Source: Prorocentrum cordatum
Lineage: Eukaryota
Length of the DNA: 55,808 bases
Assembly: GCA_963575745.1 (NCBI GenBank)
Contig: CAUYUJ010000131.1
Coordinates: 62,001 to 117,808 of the forward strand
Direction: 5' to 3'
The translations under genes and the position numbers were made by a program. This document shows positions 13,452-22,900 of the stretch, piece after piece (the first letter of the stretch is position 1; each line of letters begins with the position of its first letter). The notes beneath the pieces were generated by a model, which searched no databases, was not told the DNA's origin, and saw nothing but the letters and a program-made list of their open reading frames with translations.

Positions 13452-14538
13452 CTCGCCGTATGTCGTGGGGCGCCCCTGGTCGTCCCGGCGGGGCGGGCGT
13501 GGCGCGCCGGCCATGTGCGGCCAACGCCGCCAGTGCCGCCATCGCTCGCGCCGCTCCCGCTTTTCTTGTCTGCTCTGGCTGCCTCCTGGTTGGCCCGTTG
13601 TCCAGCAGCGCGCCCGGCGAGCGGCTGTCTGGGGAAGGGGTTCAGCTTACGTGGCTCTGGCTCCCATACGTTGCCATCTTTGGCTTTGTCGGGGAAGGCT
13701 GGCCGCCGAGGCTCCCTCGAGCCGCGGGGGACCAGCGTTGTCCGTGGCCTTCCTTGCATGCTCTCTGGCTTTGGGCGGGGTTGCAAAGCCGCAAAGCCCT
13801 CCGGTGTGCCTTGCCTTGTAATGTGTGAATGGGCGATCTGCAGGCTGCCATTTGTGTGTCAATGCGGTTGTGTAGCAAGGGGTAGTTTATGGAAGTCGGG
13901 AGCACTTGTTGCTGTTTTCAGCTTGGCCCCTTTTTGTCTCGGCCCGGCGTCGCAAGCAAGCAGGCGCGCAAGTACGCTCATGTGGGTTGTCGTGTGTGGT
14001 GCTGTCGCTACGCAAGCAAGCGAGCTGTTTTGCTATGCCCTGTGTCCGCAAGCGCGCGTTGTTACTTCGACATGCTTTGTCTACCCACCTTATACCTCTG
14101 TCCGGTGAGAGTCCACGCAACTGCACTTCGTAGCATCCAGGGTTCACGAGCCAGCGTGTCGCCGTAAGGGAGAATGAGAGTCCAGTGTGCCCCCCTCCTC
14201 CCCTCCTCCTTGTCCCTTCTGCTCGCGCCTCCTGCCTCCCGCCTGCATTCCCTTTATCGTTCACGTGATTTGTGTTGTTCGTTTGAGCAGTTGCAGCACG
14301 AGCTACGTAGCAGAGTTTGTGCACCCCTTGGCCAGTGTAGCGCAAGCAAACATGCCTTATGCAGCGTACTTGGGAATTGGTAGTGGGCAGAATCACAGCG
14401 CATGCAAGTATCCTGGGCCTCTCTGCTGCCCCCCCTCCCCGCTTGCCTCTCCGTCCGCGCCGCCTGGCCCGATCGTCTGCCGCGCACATAGCCCAGGGCG
14501 GACGCGTGGGCGCCCCCCGCGGCCGGGGAGTGCCGGCG

Positions 14539-15879
14539 ATGGCGTCGCTGCGCCAATATACCCTTTCCGTAAGGGATCGAAACGCTTTCTGGGAGAACTT
14601 TCAGGCAGTCTGCCGCCTGCGAGCAGTACCAGAGCAGGAATACCGGATGAGAGCCAATGATATGAAATGCACCCTGAATGGTCGAACGTTAGGCTCTGTT
14701 ATGCTTGGCGAGAACGCATTGCGGCTGGAGGAGGTGGTGCTGGCAAGGTCCCCTACTTTGATTGCCCTTCGAGCCCAGTGGAGGGAGATCGAGGGAGAGC
14801 TTGCAGCAGCCCCCTCGCAGGAGGCGGCTCCTGCACTCGGGAATTTAATATATGTTCAGGCTTCGCTTTGCTGGGGGCCCGATTTGCTGCCATTATTGAA
14901 GGCTGAGATCCCGAGGCTGCTGACAATGGATATCCCGGACTCTGCTGTTTTCCTTCAGTTAGCTTTGGGAGACCGCATAGTGCGTCAGATGGCCCGTTTC
15001 CCACAGATTCTCACGAGGGCTTTTCAGCCCAACCGCAGGGCACAGAACACAGCAGAGCTTTTCGCGAAGGGCGGTGTCCCCCGGGATTGGTCCGTCAGTC
15101 TTCCGGAGGCTGAGAGTGAGCCTGAACCGGAGGTCGACGCCGCCCCAGAGGTTTTTTCACCGGCGTCGAGGCTTCTTGCGCTTCGAGAGATGTCAACTTT
15201 CAGCCCGTCGGTGGCCCAGCTCAAGCGGATGGTCGCCGTCTTGGGGCCGAGGGTGGAGCTGACCCAGGCTGATTTGAAGCCCTTTCGAATCGCTGGTAGA
15301 AGTGATTACAGTGTCAAAAATCAATTGCTGTTTCTCTGTTTTGTCGGAGACCAGAAGTTGTACGGTCTTGGGAAGGAGCCATGTCGTTTCCACGTCCCGA
15401 GCGGGCGCGGCCCGCATGGTATTCGTAATGGATTCCACGGCCTCCGTCGCGACACCAGCCATTCTAGAGTTGATTCACATGATCCCCTTCACCAGGCCGT
15501 CCTGGCAGAGTTTGTTTACCATGGCGCGGATGCCATGCGGAAGGGGCTCCGGGGTAACGGGTTCGTGGTGCCGTCTGCCGTCGTGGGCTTGGAGGAATCC
15601 CTTACTGATCCGTTGAGGCAGGCCATTATGGCTGAAAGCGCACTGTGTATTTACGACAAGGTAGCTGCGGAGTGCCACGGAGGGGGCGGCAGAAAGCGGC
15701 ACCCCGCTGCCGCCGTCGCCGCGCCAGTGGATGAGGACGACCTCCCGCTGGTCAAGCGGGCTCGAGCGGGCGCAGAAAAGCTCCCGCTGCCAGCCCTCTG
15801 GACGTCCCGCGCCCTGCGTCGGCGGGCACCGTCCTGGGCCCCAAAAACCGGCCCCGGTTTTTGGTTCCCATGTCCTTAG
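14539..15879 (+). CDS. ORF0-A, 446 aa; putative helical DNA base-modification protein (aGPT-Pplase1/5hmU-DNA kinase-like, divergent)
   Basis: Long non-repetitive ORF; ggcgATGg start context like the ORF2s. Motifs in order: FRIAGRSDYSVKNQLLFL, EFVYHGADAMRKGL, AESALCIYDK. The ORF is well supported; the family call is tentative. Confidence 0.55.
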   Translation: MASLRQYTLSVRDRNAFWENFQAVCRLRAVPEQEYRMRANDMKCTLNGRTLGSVMLGENALRLEEVVLARSPTLIALRAQWREIEGELAAAPSQEAAPALGNLIYVQASLCWGPDLLPLLKAEIPRLLTMDIPDSAVFLQLALGDRIVRQMARFPQILTRAFQPNRRAQNTAELFAKGGVPRDWSVSLPEAESEPEPEVDAAPEVFSPASRLLALREMSTFSPSVAQLKRMVAVLGPRVELTQADLKPFRIAGRSDYSVKNQLLFLCFVGDQKLYGLGKEPCRFHVPSGRGPHGIRNGFHGLRRDTSHSRVDSHDPLHQAVLAEFVYHGADAMRKGLRGNGFVVPSAVVGLEESLTDPLRQAIMAESALCIYDKVAAECHGGGGRKRHPAAAVAAPVDEDDLPLVKRARAGAEKLPLPALWTSRALRRRAPSWAPKTGPGFWFPCP

Positions 15880-16065
15880 GGGGTGGAAACCGGGGCCGGT
15901 TTTTCTTGCTTCTTCCCCCCCCTTCCGGCCCCTCGGGGGCTGTCGTCCTGGGGCCGCGTGTCCGTGGTCCCCTGGTGCTCTGGGTCCCCGGTCCTGGGTC
16001 TGGCCGTTGCTGGTCCGCTTTTTCTTCGGGCTCCCCCGGGCCCCTTCCCTGGACTGGCGGTGTGG

Positions 16066-16195
<130 letters not shown>

Positions 16196-17055
16196 ATCCA
16201 TCTCTGTTCAGTCCGCACGACAATCTTGTTCTCAGCCCGTGTGCTGTCTTGTTTCCAGTCCGCACGCCGCCTTGCTAATTGCGCTGTGCGTTTTGATTCT
16301 CCTGTGCGTTGAGCCCACATTTCTTTGCCGGGGTATCTGGCCATCCTCGTTGCTTGTCCTCCGTCATTGCGCAAGCGCTCGTTGTGTGTTCGATGTTGCT
16401 TGCCACGCTGTGGTCCTCACTCGTATTCCCTTCGCTCCGCGCTGCCGCCGCCCCCCCGCTCCGGTGCCGCGCTGTGGTGTTTTGGTGCCGTGCCGCGTCG
16501 TGCCGTGCTCCGGGTGTCGCTGCCGTGCCTGCTGTGCCGTGTCGGTGCTGTGTCTTGGGCTTTGTCTCCGTGCCGTGTCGGTTGCGCCGTGTTCCGGTGC
16601 CGTGTCGGGCCGTCGCCGTGCTGTGCTCTCCTACCCGGGGGCGTTGCTGGTTTCTGTGCCGTGGAGTGTGGTGCCGAGCCGTGCTGCATGGTGTGGGGCA
16701 CCTCGCCTTTTGTCGTCCCCGATCGCCGGCCGTCTGTCGGGCAGCTCTTGGCTGTCACGGGAGGGGGTGGGTGCAAGAACCGGGGCTGGACGAGTAAATT
16801 TGCAAAGTCTTGCATGGCCCTGGCTGCTTGACAGGCTTCGAGTCCGGGTTTGGTGGGCTGCCCCGAGCCCTGGCCCGCTGTCCGGCCGCCGCTGTCTGGG
16901 CGCGCGCGGGGAGGAGTGCCGGATCCTTTCCAATACCAGGCTCCCGCGGCCGCGGGCTTTTCGTGTCCAAGTTGGGGTCTGCGGCGCAGGGGCCCCTGTC
17001 CCAGGTAGACGCCCGGCGCGCCCCGGCCCTGCAAGAGGCGTGGCTGGCCGCGGCC

Positions 17056-19056
17056 ATGCCGCCCCAGAGACGCCGCCGCAGCGAGCATGGGCGCGATGAG
17101 CGCCGTAGTCGCAGTCGGAGGCGGCGCGGCAGCACCAGCAGCAGCTCGCCCCCGAGGCGCCACCGCAGCCGCGCGAGGCCCAGGCCCAGCAAGTCCCAGT
17201 ACCCCTCGGGCCGCGGCCGCAGGTCCTCCAGCTCAAGTTCCTTACCCCCGCTGGCCAGCGGCGAGCCGCTGAGCGAGGTTGGCGGTGGTGGCGCGCCCAG
17301 CCCGTGCAGGCTCTCCGTCGCGCTGGGGGAGCTCATCCCGACGTCCCCGCCCCCGGGTAACTTCAGCATCCCTGGTGTGACGGGCAAGGCGCGGCCGGCG
17401 GCCCCGGCTCACGCTTTGTCGCCTGGCACCCCGCAGGCCGCTCGTCACGCCAGCGCGCCGCCTGGGCAGTGGCTGGGGGCATCACCGGCGTCGCCGCCGC
17501 CGCCACCGCCGCCTCCGCCGCCTCCGCCACAGGAGGACCCGCCGCAAGCCCCGTGCACCCCGACACCGGTTGCGTCTACCCCCTCCGGGAGCCCACGCCC
17601 CGCCTCCCCAGGGCCGCCGACCCTGAGCCCGCCGCCGCTTCCGGCGGGCTGGGAAAGCCGGCGCGACCCATACAACGGCCAGCTCTACTTCATTCACAGG
17701 ATCACGAAGGAGAGCCGTTGGGACCACCCAGCCGCGTCGCAGGCAGCGCCCTCGGATGGCGCGGGCGTGCCCCGTGCCTCCCCCGTGGCCGCGCCAGCCA
17801 AGGCGGCCCCGCGCGCGCAGCCCGACCGCGGCGGGGAGGGGCTGCCGACTGCCGCGGCTCAGGCTGCCCAGGCAGAGGCCCCCCCCAGTGAGCTCCAGTC
17901 CCTGAAGGAGTCCTTGTTCAAGCTCCAGCGCGAGAGGCCGGCGTGGGATTGTTACGCGGGCGAAACAGGCCAGAAGGTGTGGCTCCAGAGGAGCACCGGT
18001 GCAGTCCAGGCGACGGAACCCCACGAGGTCGCGGCGCACTTAGCCGAGGTTGCTAGCTTGCGGAATCGCCTGGCAGTTCTGGAGGGCCGCGCCCCGCCCG
18101 CGTGCCCGCCCACCAGCCAGTCGATAGCGGCGTCCACGCGCGTTGACTCTCAGACACGCGAGGTGCTCAATAGGAGGTTGGAGGCGGAGTCTGTGGAGCA
18201 GGCCCTCCTCCAGGCAGGGCGCGACAGTCTGCACAGCGCTGGCGCGCCTGCCCCGGCGGCGCCGGCGCTAGCCGAGCCCCGTGCCCCAGGCTTGGCTGCG
18301 GGCGCAGGCCCGCTTTCTTCGTTCATGCTGCGCGCGCAGCCCGCGTTCGTTGACCCCCGGGCGCGCGCGGTGGTCAAGAGGAGGCTGGAGGAGGAGGCTG
18401 TTGAGCAGGCCCTCCTCCAGGCGGGGCGCGACGATTTGCGCGTTGTTGGCGCCCCCGCCCGCGTGGCGCCGCCGCATGGCGCGCCTCAGGCCCCCGGGGC
18501 TCCGATCGCTGACCCGCTTGCCTCGGCCACGCTGCGCACGCAGGCAGAGCTTGATTCGGCAGTGGGGGGTTGGCAGCGCCAGCTGCGCGCCGCTGTGGGA
18601 GAGAGTAGGGACGGCCGCATCAGCATGGAAGCGGCGTTTTTGGTGAGCGCGTGCACGGCTCAAGAGGATCTCCACCGCATTGTCGGTGCGATGGGGGTCG
18701 ACATCGTGCATGGTGACACTCGCGGCCGAGCCGCCGCAGCAGCGCGCCCGGCCCCTCCCTTTGCCGTAGTGACGGGCGACTTCCATCAGCCAGGGCTGGA
18801 AGTCACGTTTAAAGTCGCCCCCGTGGCCAAATTGAGCATCCAACTAGTCAATAAAAGACAGGGCCGCGTGGTGGTCAAAGGCCGCCGGGGGGCCATGGAA
18901 GCGAATATCGAGGAGCTGCTGATGTATCTAGGGCCTGTGACCGAGCTGCGCGCCGCGGCGCCACCTGTGCAGCAGGTGGGCACCCCCGTGCCAGCCGTGC
19001 GCTTGTCGGCCCGGGAGCGCCTCGTGGGCGCCGAGGGCCTGCCCGGCTTTCAGTAG
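17056..19056 (+). CDS. LINE ORF1-A, 666 aa: RS-rich N-terminus, poly-Pro, WW domain, WW-like/coiled coil, conserved C-terminal domain
   Basis: PLPAGWESRRDPYNGQLYFIHRITKESRWDHP is a canonical WW; C-terminal GDFHQP..EVT...IQLVNKRQGR.VVKG.R...ANIEELLM.LGPV.E is conserved with copy B. Confidence 0.85.
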   Translation: MPPQRRRRSEHGRDERRSRSRRRRGSTSSSSPPRRHRSRARPRPSKSQYPSGRGRRSSSSSSLPPLASGEPLSEVGGGGAPSPCRLSVALGELIPTSPPPGNFSIPGVTGKARPAAPAHALSPGTPQAARHASAPPGQWLGASPASPPPPPPPPPPPPQEDPPQAPCTPTPVASTPSGSPRPASPGPPTLSPPPLPAGWESRRDPYNGQLYFIHRITKESRWDHPAASQAAPSDGAGVPRASPVAAPAKAAPRAQPDRGGEGLPTAAAQAAQAEAPPSELQSLKESLFKLQRERPAWDCYAGETGQKVWLQRSTGAVQATEPHEVAAHLAEVASLRNRLAVLEGRAPPACPPTSQSIAASTRVDSQTREVLNRRLEAESVEQALLQAGRDSLHSAGAPAPAAPALAEPRAPGLAAGAGPLSSFMLRAQPAFVDPRARAVVKRRLEEEAVEQALLQAGRDDLRVVGAPARVAPPHGAPQAPGAPIADPLASATLRTQAELDSAVGGWQRQLRAAVGESRDGRISMEAAFLVSACTAQEDLHRIVGAMGVDIVHGDTRGRAAAAARPAPPFAVVTGDFHQPGLEVTFKVAPVAKLSIQLVNKRQGRVVVKGRRGAMEANIEELLMYLGPVTELRAAAPPVQQVGTPVPAVRLSARERLVGAEGLPGFQ

Positions 19057-19198
19057 GTGAACGCCCTGTCAGGCGTCGGCGGGGGCCGCTAGCTGCGCCC
19101 CCCGTCGGGGCAGGGGAGTGGCAGTTCCTTTCTTTTTTGTTTTTTGTGCTTTCCTTTTCCTACCAGCGCCCGCCGCTCCTGTCCCCTTTTTTTATAAA

Positions 19199-19380
19199 TC
19201 GGCCTCGCGAAGCCTAGATGCGTTGAGCAGCGCGCGCTCACGCAGATCTGCATGCGCTTGCCCGACTTGCAGGCTAGGGCTCTAGCGTTAATTCATCCTG
19301 CATAAAAAGATTGCCTTTTGCATTGCGTTTGGGAGAACGGCCAGGCCTGGGCGCGATGCGAACGGTAAAAGAGGCCTCGG
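19199..19380 (+). ncRNA. Conserved structured inter-ORF RNA element, copy A
   Basis: 66-nt core differs at only 5 positions from copy B; compensatory and G-U-consistent changes; long flanking hairpin. Confidence 0.65.
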
Positions 19381-19955
19381 AGCTTGCTTGCGCTGCCTCT
19401 CTTTGTTGCCTTGCATTGTCGCGCGCGCGGGCCAGGGGCAGTTGCTGAGCATGGCAAGTGCGTGTTGCGCGCGCACGGGTGCGCGTTGCATGGGGGTGCG
19501 CGCTGGTCTGCGCTCCGCTCGTCCTGTCGTCCTGTGTCCTTGGTACGTCGCTCGCCATGCAAGTGTGACAGTGCAGGGAATTGTTCGTCGTCGTCCACTG
19601 CCCCTCTGAGCCCTAGTAGCGAGGCGCCTTCTGGTTCCCCGCCTCCCCCTCATGCCGAATGCCGCCCGCCCTCGGGCGAGTCGGCCTACCCCTGCTTAAG
19701 GTGTCGTGGAAAACGCGATGGCGGACCCCGGGCCGTCGGATCGTGGAGTGGCCTGCGGGCCCAGGGTTTGGCTGACCCTGGGCCACCGGACCCTGGGACG
19801 TGTCGGTTGGCTTAGGGCCGGGGCCCCCCTCCCCCTCCCCCTCCTCCTCATGGCCGCGTTGGAGCCCGTGACCCCCCCCTCCCGCCCTCCCCCCAGCAGC
19901 CGCTCTCTGAGAAACGGGGGGGGGAGCTGCCCGGCCGCGCGTCGTGGGCCGAGCG

Positions 19956-22900
19956 ATGGCGACTGAGGCTACCAGCTGCGTGCGGCGGGACCAGCGGGGA
20001 GAAACCCAGCGGCAGTTGAGCCCTTTTCGCGCCTTCTGCCAGGCGTGGCTGGCGCGAAGCCCCCGCAGGCTGGAGGCCGCGGCGGCCCTGCGCGATGCCC
20101 TGGCACTCTTGGAGCTCTTGCCGCCGCGCCCTGACCACATGCTGCAGGAAGGGGGGTCCGCGCTACGAGCGCTTTGGGCCTTTGCGGATGAAGTGGCTTA
20201 TATCTTGCGGCGAATCCTCGTTCCGCCCTTGCGTGCATTGGGACAGCATGCCGCAGCGGTAGGTTCGCCATTTGCCGGACCTCCGCCTGTCGAGGAGGTA
20301 GGCCCAGAGCGTGAGGCCTCCTGTGTCCCCCCCGCCCGCTCCGTCCTTCGTCTTGGCACTCTGAACCCGGGCCGGTGCGGTTTTCTCCAGTTAGGCGCCG
20401 ACCAGCTTCTGGAATGGCGTCTCGAGGCAGTCGCTTTTGCCCTGGACGCTCAGTCGGTTGACATCTGCATCCTCCCGGGGGCGCGGTTTCCCGAGGGCGC
20501 AACGCTTCCCCAAGGTTTCCCATATTGCTGGGATGGGGCGCGCTCGGGGTCGTGGGATTCGGTAGGCATCTTTTTCCGCCCCGAGGTAGAACACATGCTG
20601 CGCCCGGTGCCGGATTTTTCTTCAAACCGGGAGCAGTGGTTTGAGGTTTGGGGCGGAGGGGCCGCGCCCAGTCCTGCTGTCATCCTTTGCGCGTTCTACC
20701 CGAAGCACGGCGGGGACACAGACACCTGGAAGTCCATTGTAGCGCATGCGGCTTTATGTCGTCATCGGTACCCGCGGGCGCGCTTGATTTTAGGCGGAGA
20801 TGCAAATGTCCATTTGGACTATCTTGCTGACCATGTGGAGCCTTGTAGCTGCGCGCACTGCAAGCAATCCCCTGCAGACAGAGAGATCCAACAGTGGCTT
20901 GTGGCTGCAGGGCTTGGGGCTTTTAACCCCCCCGCGCCAACGCATGTGTCTGGCACCTGCATCGACCTTTTCATAGGCATGAGAGATTCGCCCCTTCCTG
21001 TCAAGGTCCTGCCGGATTTTATTGCGCTCTCCGACCACCGACTCGTCATGGCAGAGGTGCCCTGCCAGTTCACGGCCCCGTGGGCGGCGGGCTACGGGAG
21101 GGTCGCCTGGACGTCCGGACCCAGGTGGGACGAGGGCCTGAGGGAAATCTCCGGCACCCTCAGTGCGCTGAGCGAGAGCGTGGAAGCAATTACATGCGCC
21201 CCTTGGCTTCAGCCACCGTGGTTCGGAGGCAGGGCCAGCAGAGTGCAAAGGCGCGCCGTGGTTAACGTTGCGGCTTGGGCTCGCGATGCCGCCTACACCA
21301 TGGTGGGACACGCAGCGGGTGCCACCAAGGTGATAGGGGGCAAGCGTCGCCTCTCGCAGACCACTGCGCGTAGGTTGCTGAACCCAGCGTGTTTCACCTC
21401 GCATCAAGAGTTTAAGCTTGAAGTTGCGCGCGCAGCGTGGGGGGAGCGTAGGAGAGCCGCCCACCGCTATTTGCATTTGCGCGAGGCCAACCCCGGGGCC
21501 GCGGAGAGGTTCCTGTCGAGCTTCTTCCAGGTGCGCACCCGTTTTGAGGTGAGGCTGTCGGACCCGTCCACGGGGGCCGCGCTTACGCCCAGTGCGATGG
21601 TTGAGGCTGTCAGGCAGGATCTGTTTGCACGCGATCGCAATGACTTTGAGCAGGATCCGGGGGCCGAGGAGGCCATGGCACGGCAGGTTTCTTTGATCCG
21701 CAGCGCGGGTGCCCTCGAAGGCGCACCAGCCCGAGCTCCACCTTACACGGATGACGAGGTGCATGCTGTGTTGAGCGCTCTCAAGCCAGGCAAACGCACA
21801 ATTCATGGGTGTTACGCCGCCTTGCGCGCAGAGTCACCAGCGGGGGTACGGCTGACCAAGGCCCTAGTGAACCTCGCTCGCGCCGCCGGCGTGACCGCGA
21901 AAATCTGGTCACTCAGGCAGATCACCCCATTGCGTAAGTGCGGCCCAACCACAGTGCGCGCACTCTCCGCCCTGCGGCCAATTTCCATTGCAACGGAGAT
22001 GGCATCGGTACAAGACGCTCTCTGGATAGCCCGAAATAGCGGTGCGCTGGAGGCGTATTGTGGGCCTTGCCAGCAGGGGGGAGTCGGCGACGCCCTCACC
22101 CTAGTAATCGGCCTCGTCGTGCACGCCCAGCTGCGGCATGCGCAGGGCCTCCACACTTGGTGGGCTCTAGCAGATGGCAAGTGGGCTTTCGACGTGGCGT
22201 CCCGCCACGCCATGTTGGTGGGCGTGTACAACGCCGGAGTCCGCGGGCCTGATTGGCTCATTTTGGACGACGTGTTGGCGCAAGACCATCAGTGCCTGTC
22301 TTTGCATGGGCTGCTGAGCCCCGTTTTTATGCTTTCGCGCGGTACAGCTCAGGGCAGGCGGTTTTCTGTGCACGCTTTTAACACCCAGCTCCGTGGGCTT
22401 GCGGATGACATCGCAAAAGTGCTCCCGGAGGGGTGCAGCACGATTGTGCCTCCATTTGCTAGGGCAGCGCTCCTTGACGCGGAGGAAGTCACGCCGCCGG
22501 CGCAATGCGTTGAGCCGCCGCGGGGGGAGCTGCAGCTTGACGGGGTCGTGCAGGAGGTGTCGCTTTTGGCGGCGGCTGAGGAGTCGCCGTGGCCCCAGGC
22601 GAGGCGCTTCCTGCGCGGCGTCCTCAGCGCGCTGTCGTCGCAGGCTGATCGGGTTGCCGTGACAGAGCGTTTGGGGGCTTACCACGTGGAGTCACCGCAA
22701 TTCGTGGATGACATCACAACGCCCTGCCCGTCAGAGGGGGCCGTTAGGGCCGTTCTGTCGGAGGAAGAGTGGTCGGCGTGCAGCCGATACGCACGGCGCG
22801 TGAGGGCCCGCTTCAACTATGATAGGGGGAAGACGGCAGTCCTGCCCCTTCTGGACGCCCCCCCGCCCTTGCTAGCTGGAGCCCCTGTGGTGCGCGCGAA

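Noticed and set aside
13408..13470. SL RNA gene
   Set aside because: The exon is followed by SL relicts, not by a GT donor and SL intron
16810..17055. Upstream extensions of ORF1-A (and ORF1-B from 27792, ORF2-B from 31747) given by the ORF track
   Set aside because: No cross-copy protein similarity in the extensions; they run through repeats or UTR, and most begin at non-ATG codons
19199..19310. Assignment to twister (minus strand), HDV-like or pistol ribozyme
   Set aside because: Only partial resemblance; key residues or helix lengths do not fit in both copies, so left unclassified
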